Shown one piece after another: positions 12,130-24,755 of a DNA stretch of 64,000 nt. Both the position numbers and the translations under genes were made by a program. The stretch lies in the NCBI RefSeq assembly GCF_006345805.1, contig NC_043002.1, positions 100,998,001 to 101,062,000 on the forward strand, read 5' to 3'. Every line of letters starts with the position of its first letter. Positions within the stretch are counted from its first letter, which is position 1. Below the pieces are notes generated by a model. That model was not told where the DNA came from. It was given only the letters and a program-made list of their open reading frames with translations, and searched no databases. This DNA is from Octopus sinensis (lineage: Eukaryota).

Positions 12130-13350
12130 GATCAAACAAGACCACTTCCCTAAAGGTGCCAGGGTCCTGTCTTCTTTTCTACTTACTAAAACTTTCAACT
12201 TTACTAAGTTTACCTTAATACCTCTTGATTCTAGGTTTAACTTTCATACCTGCAATTTCCTCTCTAATTTCCCTTATAAATTCAGCTATGAGAACTAAAT
12301 CATCAGCATAAAGGAGTTCCTGTGAATAGCCAGCCTTAAACTCCTCTGTTGATGGCCTGCAGGACTCTGATGAATAGAAGAGGACCAAGAACTGAACCTT
12401 GATGGACTCCAACCCTTGTGCAAAATTCTTCACTGAAATTGCTGTCGAATCTCTTTTTACTTACTGCATCCTTGTATATGGCTTATACAGCCACCACACA
12501 AGCCATTCATTAATGCCAAGTTTTCTTAGTGACCATCAGATTACTGTACATGATACCCTGTTAAATATCATTTCCAAATCAGGGAAAGCCAGGAATAATG
12601 GTTAACTGTTAGTCAAGTACCTCTTTTGTAGTTGCCTTATCAGGAAGATTATACCCAGTATTCTACTTCTCTGTATGAAACCGAGCTGCATCGCATGTAG
12701 CTAGCTCAACCCTGTTACAAATCAATTGGGTTGTGATCCCTTAATTTGGTTCCTTTATAGTTGCTTCTCTCTAAAGCATCACCTTTGTCTTTGTAGCAGT
12801 TTATGACAATACTGCCATGCCAGTTGGTATGACTCCTTGCATAACTTGATTAGCTCTCAGGTTGGTAATCATGTAATCTCTATCACTGGACATTTTGAGC
12901 ATCTTTGCAACTATCCCTGATGGACATACTGCTTTCCTTCCACATCCTTGATTGCCTTATCTACTATGCTGATGTCAACTTGGAATTGTTGGTCCCTCTG
13001 TAGGGTCAGCATGATATAGCCCCACTTTATCTCGTGCATTCTTCATGTTTGGTAGCCAATTGTAATACTACTTCCATGCCACCTTCTTGTCCTTCATATC
13101 AATGGCAAGTATGCCTTCATCATTCTTAATGGATTTTTCACCATGGCATCATCTTTCTTCTGTTACACACTATCTTGTGAACCTGAAAACCACACATCTC
13201 TGATGCTCATGTTGCAAGATATGAGCAAAACACTTCCTCTCAGCCTCACCTTTTTGCCAAGGATGATTTGCCAGCTAGGTGCCCTTCCAGCCATTTGATA
13301 ACGCTCCCAACTACTGCCTTCCTCTCAGGTTTCCAAAGTTTGTCTCTTAG
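12130..13350 (-). mobile_element. Decayed RTE LINE RT/EN remnant
   Basis: Minus-strand ELLYADDLVLIAE motif and flanking RT-like sequence. Confidence 0.65.
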
Positions 13351-13522
13351 CTTTACTGCCCTATTAACAGTATCATTCCACCCTAAGCAAGCATATAAAT
13401 GTATGCTGGATCCATGTTAATAAATGTCTATATTTAACATCTATAGTCCCTGAAGCAAGTAAAGTAACATACATAAAAATGGGGGGAAATTTAACACCAG
13501 CACATTGATCTAAAGTACTTAC

Positions 13523-13648
13523 CTCAATAACATTCGATACCAAATACGGCAAAGTTTTGTTCATTTTGATTTTCTCTTTGTTTTCTTTTATTTTGTCTTT
13601 CTGGGTTCGAAGTTCATGTTTGATTCTCTGATCATCTGTCCTCATGAT
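13523..13648 (-). CDS. PSMC3: 26S proteasome AAA-ATPase Rpt5/subunit 6A, internal exon (126 nt, phase 0/0)
   Basis: [42 protein letters not shown] matches the Rpt5 coiled coil and [13 protein letters not shown] motif; TTTTAG acceptor, GTAAGT donor. Confidence 0.9.
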
Positions 13649-14016
13649 CTAAAATGAATAAAGAAATAAAGAAATATATGCATTTTGAAATGTAACAAAC
13701 TGTAAAGAATTTCCATACCATTTCATTCTTGTTTGTTGGTAGTTTGATTTGGAAGAAACAGCAGTGGCCAGGATCTTTGTAGAATCTCCAAGAAGAATAA
13801 TTAGATCAACATGGTTAATGCTGTACTTGAATTGCTGCATGACAATAGTGTATTGGGGTTGTAGAGTGGTAAGATGGGTTCAGCAATACTGGTGAGTGCA
13901 CATGCCACATTGTGAGGAGGCTTCCAACCCATAAGACTGGCACTCATAGGCCGATATACAAGATGCAATTGAACTAGCTATCAAGTGTAGCAACAGTTCT
14001 CTTGCAAAATTTCTCA

Positions 14017-14180
14017 AGGGCACAGGAGTGGCTGTGTGGTAAGTAGCTTGCTAACCAGCCACATGGTTCCAGGTTCAGTCCCACTGCATGGCATCTTGGG
14101 CAAGTGTCTTTTGCTATAGCCCCGGGCCAACCAATGCCTTGTGAGTGGATTTGGTAGACGGAAACTGAAAGAAGCCCGTC

Positions 14181-14216
<36 letters not shown>

Positions 14217-14430
14217 TTATGTGTTTGTGTATCTGTGTTTGTCCCCCTAGCATTGCTTGACAACCGATGCTGGTGTGTTTACGTATCCGTCACTTAGCGG
14301 TTCGGCAAAAGGGACCGATAGAATAAGTACTGGGCTTACAAAGAATAAATCCCGGGGTCGATTTGCTCGACTAAAGGCGGTGCTCCAGCATGGCCGCAGT
14401 CAAATGACTGAAACAAGTAAAAGAAAAGAA
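14017..14430 (+). mobile_element. SINE family A, full length
   Basis: Colinear with 2494-2911. Confidence 0.85.
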
Positions 14431-15400
14431 AAGAAAGAAAAGGGTGAAAAGGCAACTGGTGGGAGACATACAAGAACGAGTCTCCAGTAGATCTGATATT
14501 AATGCAGTTCTACTCGTAGTCATTAAGGTGGAAAAGGAATTTAAGGTTTTGAAAAGGTGATTCTTAATGGATGTCTCCATTGTCTTTGAGAAGATGAGAG
14601 CAATGAGGTCAATAATTGGTCAAAGTAGGGGATTCTTCTCCTTGGAAACAGTACAAATTGTATTGTTTTACTAAAGATTGTGATTGATTCTTGTAGAGAG
14701 AGGGCTTGAGAAGTTTGCAAAGATAGATGCTAGTTCTGATGTGCATTGTTTGTATGTAATGGAAGGGACACTGTCAGGGCTGGTGGTCTTGTTGGTTTGA
14801 AGTAACAGGAGGCATTTCCATACAGGGCATGTATAAATCTGGTAGAGTGGAGAAAAGGACAGCTCTGGAAGAGATTTATCTGATGTGTACAGTGTGTAGT
14901 TGTATTCCAAATGGACAGCAAATGTGGAAGGAAGGAGGATTCTACAGACTTACCAAGGTCCTTTAAGCAAGGGATCTAAAGTACCAACCACATGGCTTGT
15001 GGGTTTGTGTATGGAGATATGTGTGTCAATGGTGAGTAAATGTTGTTCCCAGATTGTAAGGGTAGGCGGTTTTCTTTGAGCATTATAAAGAATGGTCTTT
15101 TTGAACTGCTGCAGTACAGTTATGAGTGAATTACTTGAAAGATTTGGGATTATGAGTTTTAGTTGTAGGAGTGATGTGGAAGAACATGTGGAAAAAAAGG
15201 TTTTTCTAAAATGGCTTTGTCAGAGAAAAAAGAGCAGTGTCTGTCTTGGGGTGAGATGTGGGAGTTAACTGCAGATGACAGAGTGGTAGTCTGTAATCAA
15301 GGGTTAAGTGGTAGTGTTAAATAAATCACTGAAGGAGAAGATGAACAGTCTGTCCAAAAAGGTTCTACAATTTCTGGATGCTGACACTGAAAGGTAATCA
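14430..15400 (-). mobile_element. Decayed CR1-like LINE remnant
   Basis: Minus-strand PDSVPSITYKQCTSELASIFANF resembles the GPD.IP..VLK.CA.EL RT N-terminal motif. Confidence 0.45.
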
Positions 15401-15625
15401 TAAAAACAGCAGAAGACTAGGGATGATATGAAAGTGATGAGGTCACAGAATGATCAAATCTCTTAAACAAGATGGCAGAGGATTAGAATAAGTGGTGATA
15501 TAGAGTACAGCTGATCAGTCAACTCATACCTGCAAGGAAAATGATGTCTTCCATATATAAAAACAAACACAGCAAACTTCTAAAGAATATTGCAAATTAT
15601 GCATTTCTAGTAGTAGCAATTCTAA

Positions 15626-16021
15626 TCTTTATATATAAAAGTAAGGTTGTGTGCTGTCTGTCTCCTACGATTTAGATTTCTAACTACTCCCACATTTTGT
15701 GGTGCAGTTTAACCAAAACCGGGTATCTTATAGTCGTGATTCATATCGAGCCCTTCTGGGCATTAGCGTACGTCTACGATGAGTCTACGATTTAAAAAAA
15801 ATTTACCATCAATTTTTCCCATTTTTAATGCATTTTTGGCATGTATAAGGGAAGTAACTCTCTAAAAATTTATCATTAGATCTCAGAACGTAAAAAGCTA
15901 CAGTAACCCCCCTCCCTTTGTGGTTAGCCATATTGAGATGGCTATTATACTTTACATCTCTAAAAATGCTTATATAGTTATTTCCCTTACAAACCCGAGC
16001 AACGCCGGGCGATACTGCTAG
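15626..16021 (+). mobile_element. Non-autonomous Helitron, copy 3
   Basis: A|TC...hairpin...CTAG|T. Confidence 0.85.
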
Positions 16022-16129
16022 TTGATTATGTAATTAGAATATTTCTTCAAACTGCAACGAATGTAAAACTATAAAGAAATAAGTAGATCAAGAGGGAACC
16101 TTAAATAATAATGTTACATATTTACTTAT

Positions 16130-16210
16130 GCTAACTTCATTATCAAGCAGTCTGGTTCGGCTAATTATTTCATCTGTTGACATATGTAACACTTCTTCAC
16201 CAAGCACTTC
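16130..16210 (-). CDS. PSMC3: Rpt5/subunit 6A, upstream exon (81 nt, or 75 nt if the GT at 16135 is used)
   Basis: [27 protein letters not shown] matches the conserved GEEVL.MST.EI..RTRLLD.E motif; TTTCCAG acceptor; donor at the conserved position reads ATAAGT. Confidence 0.88.
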
Positions 16211-18859
16211 CTGGAAAGCAATTACATTTCAATGAGCTAAGACTCTTGAATGAATATATATAAGTACGTATTTGTTGAGAACATGCTTAAACAAAAGAAT
16301 TAGAAACAAATAGTTTGATTTCTTTTTTTTTATTATTTGTCTATCATTTTTTTTCATTTAAAATATACAAATATAGTTATTGAATTCAATGAAAAAGAAA
16401 ATAATAGTTACAAACAAGTTCATCACCATCGTCATTTAACATCCGTTTTTTTATGCTGCAATGGTTTGGATGGTTTGATAGGAGCTGGTAACCTAGAGAG
16501 CTGTACTAGGCTCCATGTCTGTTTAGGCATGGCTTCTATGGCTGGATGCCCTTCCTAACACCAACCACTTTACAGAGTGTACTGAGTGCTTTTTACAAGG
16601 TACCAGCAAGATATGTATATATAAAAAAAAAACAGTAAAAAATGGACCCATAAGATTAAGTAAATGTCTAGTGAAGCTTCTAAGAGAAGACATGGCTTCC
16701 TTAGCAATCCTCCTCTTTTTTTCTGTGAGATTACACAATTTGATTACTGAATATCACTTGTAATTCTGTAAACATTAAATTTCTTGCCTTGATGTGCTTC
16801 AGAAATCATCATTAAATAAAGTATTGGCAGAATTTAGTGCCACACAAAATAGTTTTCTTCTTTTCTATGGTCTTAGAAAAGGAGTGTTAATGTTAGCTGT
16901 GAGGACAATCAATGTGTGTGTGGTGTGTCTGTGTGTCTTAGGTCAACTTTGTTTTTCATCCTTCTGGAGTTGATAAAATGCACTACTAACCCCTTCTTAC
17001 AAATTTCTGACCTTGTGCCTATGTAAAAAAAATCCATATCATTAGAAAGTGGTGTGACAAAATTCCACTACATATCCAAAGACCTAGTATTCAGTAACTA
17101 TGCTAATAATAAGTTTTATAGATTGTTACAAAAACATTTGATTTCAGAATAAAATGAGACATAACTAGCAACACAGAAGGGAGCGGGCATGGGGGTGGAG
17201 GGTGTAGAGCAGCTTCAGTTAACCTTATTTTGGGACTGGATTTTTTAATCTCTACAGGATTTGAACCTTGAACATAAGGTTATGTACCAAAATACTGCAA
17301 GGCAAGTAGTTTCAGGTTCAGTCCCACTGCATGGCACCTTCTGCAAGTGCCTTCTTCTATGGTCCTTGTAAGCAAAGCCTTTTATCTTTTTCTTGTTTCA
17401 GTCATTTGACTGCAGTTATGCTGGGGCATCACCTCGAAGGGTTTTAGTCAAAAGCCTAGTACTTACTCAGTTGGTCTGTTTTGCTGAACCGTTAAGTTAT
17501 GGGAACATAAACATACCAACACTGGTTGTCAATTGGTGGTTGGAGACAAACACAGATACAAAGAAACAAACATGAAAAAAGCTGAAAAAGTATGCCATGT
17601 GTGTGTACAAGAGAGAAGACTGCACTGGTGTGATCATGTGATGTGCAGTGGAGATGACAGTTGCATAACGAAGTGCCAGCAATTAAATGCAGAAAGAGCT
17701 GTGGAACGAAGAAGTGAAGTAGTCATCTCCTCTGTGTTGAGTCTCATGGGGTGGATGACAAAAGCACCAAGATGACTGGTGATTTGCTGTTCTTGAGAAC
17801 ACCTGTCCATTTCATATAATTTGTCTATGTCCCTGCACCCAGTCTGTCCCTGACATGCCTCTTCCCTACAACTCATTCTCCTAACACCACTCCTATTCAC
17901 CATAGTCTTTCAGGTTATAACAGAAAAGTTTGAGGTTGGCTGCCAATGGCAACTCTGCTTTGCTGGTGACCGAGTTCCTATAGCCGAAGTAGATTTCAAC
18001 ACCATCTAACATTCATTGTCTATGCTGGCATGGGTTGGACAGTTTAACCAGGGTTGGCAAGCTGGAACACTGCACCAGACTCCATTCTGATTTAGCATGG
18101 TTTCTAAGGCTGGATGCCCTTCCTAATGCCAACCACTCCAAGAGTGTAATGGGTGCTTTTATGTGCATCACATTGCCAAACCAGTGGTCTTCTCTCTTGC
18201 ACACTATATTTAATTCCTCTTATGCCAAACTTTTCTCTCAATACACTAGTACTTTGTCATTGCACATTTAACAGAGGATTGTAAACTGTTAAAAAGGCAA
18301 AGCAGATACACAACAGAAGAGATTACAGAGAATCAAATTGTCAGACCAGGTTAGGAAAGTTATTGAAAGAGTTAATATTACAAGATTGATTAGGAACAAG
18401 TCTAAATGAGATGTGATTGGGCTTTATACCAGGAACAGGTACAATTAATATCATCTTCCTAATGAGATTACTGCAAGAGAAGAGCTTAGTAGTAAGCCTG
18501 TATATGTAACGTTCATAGAGTTGGAGAAGAACTTTGGTAGTTTGGTCATCAGGTGGTTCTTAAGGAAATAAAGAGTAGAAGAATGGCTTGTGCAGCTGTA
18601 CATGCTATGTACAGAGGTGTTGTCAGCAAAGTGAGAGTTAACAAAGAGTACAACAACACATTAAGTGTGCAAGTTGGGACCCGTTAAAACTTGGTCGTCA
18701 GCCCTCTTCTGTTTATGGTCCTGTAAGTTATGAAGTGTGTTTTCAGGTTTAGTCCCACTACTTGACACCCTGAGAAAGTGTCACCTAGAATGTACATCAT
18801 AAAACTAAACCACTGCCTGCTGTCCTCTACTGGTCAGATATTAGAAATGTGGACCCACT

Positions 18860-19200
18860 AATATGGTCATGCACTCTAGAAATAAATCATTACGTTTACT
18901 GATTACCTTGAGATTTGTTACGTTAGTAAGCATCTACCCTCCAACCATGTGTTCCTCTGAAGAGAAAAGAAAACTAACATTTTATCTTTCATGTAAAAAC
19001 TTTATGTGCAGTGTTCTTTGTGCTTATAAAATCTTCATTCCTGGTGATTTCAAAGCAAGCATTTGCAAGGATAACAAATATTGGGACATAACTGGGAAAC
19101 ATGAAGTCAGAAAATGCAATAGTAATGGCTTGTTAGTACTGCAAATGTGTGATGTATTTGATTTATGCATATACTGGGTAATTGATGGCGAATGTAAGTG
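18860..19200 (+). mobile_element. LINE apurinic endonuclease remnant
   Basis: LVSIYPPT...IPGDFKASI...CNSNGLLVLQMC, an APE-domain pattern. Confidence 0.55.
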
Positions 19201-19399
19201 ATATGAATGCCTCGAAAGCTGTCAGTCTCCTAGTGTGGAACCTGCTGTATTTGAGCACCAGTTATGTGAGAAGTATTATGTGATCAGGATGGAAGGTGAT
19301 TAGATCTCTCATTAATTTCTGTTTGATGAGTTGGCCCTGAGGGAAAATCTAGGCAACAAATAGTTGTTCTTTAATCATTTCACCACTGGAGAAGTTAGG

Positions 19400-19990
19400 A
19401 AGAAGTTTTTCTACAATATGGATGCATATTTATCTGAGTTTATGTATCCTTCACACTCCACAATTTCTGATTGACCATTGCTCTAAATTGCTCTCCAGAC
19501 CATCACATATTTCATTGTTGGCTGCAATCTATTCAGGTGAAAATTTTGGTGACGGACTCTCCAGACCCATGCTCAACCAGTGTCAGAAAATACAGCAAAT
19601 CTGGACTCATCAGAGAATATGACAGTGTCCCAAAGTGCTAGTGGCCTCTCTACCATCTCACTTGTCCAATCTTTTCTCCATTTGATATTGCTGGTTGAAG
19701 CAGTGTCATCCTTCTCGTTTCTCTGCCATAATAGTCAATTTGCAGAGATACCTGACAGCTATTCTGGGACTGACATCAATTTGTTCTGCTCTGTTAGAGG
19801 CCTTGCAATGAGGATTATCTTCCACACTTTTCCTAACAAAGTAAAGTGTTCTGTCAGAGGGCCTTAGTTGACCTGGGCAAGGTGATGTGGACTACTTTCC
19901 CATCTATTGAATTGAACAATTACTCTGTTTACTGTAGAAAGTGGAATCACAAGGTGTTCTGTGGTTTTAGGCTAAGTCAGCCTTGAAATA
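19400..19990 (-). mobile_element. Tc1 transposase remnant
   Basis: Minus strand reads WDTVIFSDESRFAVFSDTG.AWVWR...VMVW, the first catalytic Asp motif. Confidence 0.7.
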
Positions 19991-21089
19991 GGCGCAGCAT
20001 ATGGCCTCTTTGTAAATCGGACGTTTTTAAGGCTTCTTTTGTACATGGCATGATTAAATAGTCACATATAGAAACTGAAACATAGAAATGTCAATTAATA
20101 AAAAAAAAATAAACCTCTTCAAATGAAAGTAACCGTAAAACAATGTGTTAATGGGTGTCTATTTACTTTTGTCATGTTTGTATACAAATGAATCATTTGT
20201 ACAGACATACAACTCTTTAGTAGGAAAACCAGCATTAGCCATGGCAAGGTTACCCAACTATTAAACCTTATATTTTTCAAACTCATGTTAGGATGGCAAA
20301 ATGAACGTAGGTATGAGACTTATTTTTACACATGTATTGATGCATAACAAAACATGAAATTATTTTCTCTACATACTTAAATACTTGCAATCAGTTTATT
20401 GTAAGAACATAGAAATTTGACAGGTTTTCTTGAGTTGTTGCTTATCTACAATAATCTGCTAAGTTTGAGGTTATTGTTGGTTGCATAAGTTTGTCATTGA
20501 ATTTTCTCTGGACAGAAATATCTAATCATCATTTTATCCATACAAGCATGGGTTGTATGTGTCATGTTGATATCTGTTTCTGTTTAATTCCCTCTGCAAT
20601 GTTTTCTTTTGTGTTTATGCAATATGGTACTTTCATAAAATACAGTTGTCTCTTGGCTTACACAGTATTCTGTTTCTTAGGTTCACTTTAGCGCAATTTT
20701 GTTAATTTTCCTGTATTTGTTTCTTTTTGTTTTTGTTTTTACAAATATAGAAGTAGTACTTGCTTCAGTTTTTCAATTTATTTCGTTCAATATTTTGAAT
20801 TTGAAATATTAAAATTGATTTCACTGGAAATGAAAATTCAATGCATAAAATTAACTTTAAACTAGAAGATGTTCAGCATAAAATGCAAAAGTTTTACAAA
20901 AAGAATTGTTGTCATCATCATCATCATCATATAATGTCCATTATCCATGCTGGCATGGGTTGGACAGTTTCATCAGGGCTGGTAAGCTGAGGGACTGTAG
21001 CAGACTCTAGTTTGATTTGGCATTGTTTCTACGGATGGATGCCCTTCCTAATGTCAAGCATTCCATGAGTGTTGTGGGCAGGGGTTGTA

Positions 21090-22080
21090 AAAAAATTAAT
21101 TGATGAGAAATGAATTACAATATATTGTCTTTGCAAGCATGACATGTCACCAAAGGTGTCGGTCATTAGTCATTGCCTCCATAAGTTTCAACAGTCAAAG
21201 ATCATGCATTACCACCTTGTCCAATGCCTTCTTAAGTCTACTTCTTCCACAGCTTCTCTCAAATGCTAGAGATCAGCACTTCTTCAGACAGCTGTCCTCA
21301 TCTACATGCATCACATGACCATACCAGCTCAGCCGTCTCTCTTGCACACTATACCTGATGATCCTTATGTCTAACTTTTCTCTCAAAACATTTAGATTTT
21401 GTTGTACATGAACACTAACATTGCAGATCCAGTGAAGCATGCTAGCTTAATTTCCTCCAAGCCTATACATGTTCTCTGCAGCCACAGCCCATGTTTAACT
21501 GCCATGTAGCATAGCTGTCTGCACAGGCATCATAAATCTGCCTTTCACTCTGAAGGAGGGACCCTTAGTTACCAAACAGAGGAAGGCGCTCTCTGAATTT
21601 GCTCAGCCTATTTTTATTCTTGCAGCCACACTCTTGGTTCATCCACCTCTGCTACTGACTTTGTTACTCAATGATCTCTATCGTACTCCTCTGGCATTTC
21701 ATGAAGTCCATTTTCTGTACATTTTTAGTGTTTATTGTACATGTGCACCTTCCACATACAAAATGTATTTTCCCAGTTTACCTTCCTCTGATATTGCTAC
21801 ACCTATTATGTGTTACACTGAGTACATCTACCTAGCCGTTTCCTTCAGATTGAGCAGGGCCATCTTCCTGAAGGGCTTTACTATTTGTCTGCTTTCCTAC
21901 TTACTAAGACTTTGATTTTGCTTAGGTTAACTCTATGGCCTCTCGATTCTAGACATTGCTTCCATAAGAGAAATTTGTACTCTAGTTCTGGTAGTGATTT
22001 AACTATAAGAAGAAACTCATCAGTAAATAAGTGTGAAAACTGTTTGCTTTCACAAACACTTTATGTACACAGATTGAAGC
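21090..22080 (-). mobile_element. Decayed RTE LINE
   Basis: Reverse complement resembles the RT thumb and 3' region of the RTE at 6500-7350. Confidence 0.6.
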
Positions 22081-22329
22081 AATGAAAAAAGTCCTTAGTA
22101 TACCTGAAACGTGAAGGAAAACATAGAGGATAATGAAACGAATAATGTATGGCTAATTGAATGTAATGTAATAAATGATAATATATGTATGTTTAGTTGT
22201 AATCCTCTATTCCCTCCCCAAGTCTTTTGAGGGAAGCAATGAAGAGTGATAATATGTATTTAATGGTTAACGAGAATGTGATAATTAGTGTGAGAGATAA
22301 TTAATCAATATTGATGGTGTGACGATCAA

Positions 22330-22990
22330 GGGACAATATGACAGTTGTGCGTCAGGCTTTTGTGTCAGTCTTTGCGAGTCTGGCAGAGCGACGAACAGGA
22401 CAATTGCTGGATGGGGGATAAACTGCATCAGGCAAGGGTCTAACATCCATCCCTTCGTCACTGCCTCTATTCATGCCGACACAGGCATCGGGTTTCGCCA
22501 GTTCCCTTTCACGACCGACCCAAGCTATCCGTTACAACGCTATGACAAACACTAAATGCCAGTCGTGCCTCTCTAGGAAAAGTCTCCTATCGGAACAGGG
22601 CCTGGATTAGCGTGAACCTAAACTGGTCAACATAACAATGAGTGCCGCTCATAGCAGTTCCATAGATATCATCGGTGCCCTGACCCTACGCATATCTGGG
22701 ACTACTCCATCATCTGCGAAGTGCACGACCCGTCAATTTGCGTACATCACTCCTTCAACTGACAAACGCTTCCTCTTCAATCAAGCGTGTGTCACCCTCG
22801 TGCTATTCATCCCCAATTCTCCAGAATTGGAGAAAAGTGTGGCTATGTGGTCGCCCCGACGGAAATATCTCGAAACGATGTTATCTGCTTCATATTGACA
22901 GCGACTGGAAAAAGGGAAAACAACCCATACTATTGCGTTGTGTTGTCTAGAAAGGAAACGATTAAATGTATCCATGAGAGACGGGCAAGT
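22330..22990 (+). mobile_element. LTR retrotransposon (gypsy-like) protease-region remnant
   Basis: IHADTG aspartic-protease motif followed by MSAA..SSIDIIGALTLRISG...TRQFAYIT...ACVTL; locally CpG-rich. Confidence 0.55.
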
Positions 22991-23265
22991 TCTTAACCCA
23001 TTTAATTAAGTATAAAGATGTTTATAATCATGTCCATCGTTTTCGAAGGGAAACTATATTTAAACACTTGCCATATCAAAGTCATGGCAAGAGTTGTGTT
23101 TCTTGTTTGTAAGGGAGGTAATTTGAAAAGAAGTCTTGGTATGTTCACAAATCTTAGTTGTTACTTCCCTTACATAGGGATTTATATTTTAGAATTTTTA
23201 AGCGAGATTTTTGCCTTCTTTCCCTATCTCACTCTTTATGCCTGTGTATGTATATACATATAATA

Positions 23266-23551
23266 TGTGTTCATACTCAGCGGTCAACATTTGGCCGATA
23301 TTGTCTTCATTTATAGGCGGTGGTGAGCTGGCAGAATCGTTAGCACGCCGGGCGAAATGCGTAGCCGTATTTCGTCTGCCGGTACGTTCAGAGTTCAAAC
23401 TCCACCGAGGTCGACTTTGCCTTTCATCCTTTCGGGGTCGATAAATTAAGTACCAGTTACGCACTGGGGTCAATATAATCGACTTAATATCTATGTCTGT
23501 CCGTGTTTGTCCCCTCTATGTTTAGCCCCTTGTGGGTAATAAAGAAATAGA
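23266..23551 (+). mobile_element. tRNA-derived SINE, family B
   Basis: GGCGGYGAGCTGGCAGAA...GAGTTCAAA...GGGGTCGATAAA...TAAAGAAATAG; copies at 41445-42096 and 60010-60239. Confidence 0.85.
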
Positions 23552-24112
23552 TATTGTCTTCATTTTCTGTCCTGCTCCTCTCGGCTTCTTTCCCCTCTAG
23601 TTTGCAAAACATTCCCTATCTATTTCTACTTGTCTTTCCCTTCACATATCTGCTTATTTTCTCTCTTTACTCATCTTCATTTCTTCCTCTTATTAATCAC
23701 TGTCAACTACATCCTGTCTACCTTTATTTCCTTGACTCCACATTCCCTCTTTCTTCCTAATTGTTCTTTCTTCCCCAATTTTCTCTACTCCTCTCTTGAT
23801 CTACCCATCCCTTCAATTTTTGGTGCCACATGACTATCCAGTATTTTTAACACTCCTTAAATTCGGTCAGCCAAGACGTTTTTTTTTTCAATCAGCTGTT
23901 TACCTTATCATTTCACTTTTCATTCTTCTTTTCCTCATATCCTAGTACCTCTGGAATACATGCACCAAGATTTTTCCTTCTTTTTATTTCTTTTTTGTTG
24001 TTGTTATTTTTTGTCATGGAATATCTTATATTTGCAATTTGCATTTTTACTGCTTACGCTTGCTTAATTTGTATATCTCCGAAACAAAGCATATCTTAAC
24101 CTACAAAATATA

Positions 24113-24380
24113 GGTACTATTTAAGAAGAGTGGTCCCGGTACGCGCATTCGCACTAGCTAGTCGATCCTACAACGACTACTTAGCAGAGTAAATAAAACA
24201 CAAAATAAATAACTTTTTACACAAAGTAAATAAAACACAAAAACACAAAGTAAATAATTTTTAAAACAAAGTAAATGATACACAAAAACACAAAGTAAGG
24301 ATCGACTAGTAACGACTAGCTAGCGTGGACGCGCGAGTACGCGAGTGCGCGCTCCGGGACCACTCTTCTTAAATACTACC
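24113..24380. mobile_element. Mutator-like MITE
   Basis: TIR GGTA(C/G)TATTTAAGAAGAGTGGTCCCGG at both ends; exact 9-bp TSD CAAAATATA at 24104-24112 and 24381-24389. Confidence 0.85.
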
Positions 24381-24755
24381 CAAAATATACTTCACATTGT
24401 TGCACGTAGTGTTACTCGCTTAACATAAATAAATAAAAATATAGAAATATGCATCACGCTACTTCGAATTGTTTTCGAATTTTAAGGTTTTTAAATGCAA
24501 TATTATTCAAGTTTTGTATTTGATAACGATGTATCTGATAACGAGTAAGCTTTAATAAAATAATCAAAAACTATTAAGCAAAGTTCTTCATTCGTTTATT
24601 GTTGTTTTAACTCAATATTCATGTCCGGAAATTTATCGTCACACACCTGAGACCTCTTCAGTGACTGTTGCCCTCTTTCTCCATTTCTTTGCTTTCCAAA
24701 TATGAAATTGCTGATCTGCTTGCAGTTTTAGACGATTTTTCTTTTATTTTCAGCT

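Noticed and set aside
16640-16720. MSSLRSF... as a possible PSMC3 first exon
   Set aside because: No phase-0 GT donor and no similarity beyond MSSL.
22310-22990. CpG-rich island as a possible PSMC3 promoter
   Set aside because: Better explained as an LTR-retrotransposon protease remnant.
24180-24300. Short tandem units resembling a CRISPR-like array
   Set aside because: No unique spacers; internal repeats of a MITE in eukaryotic DNA.
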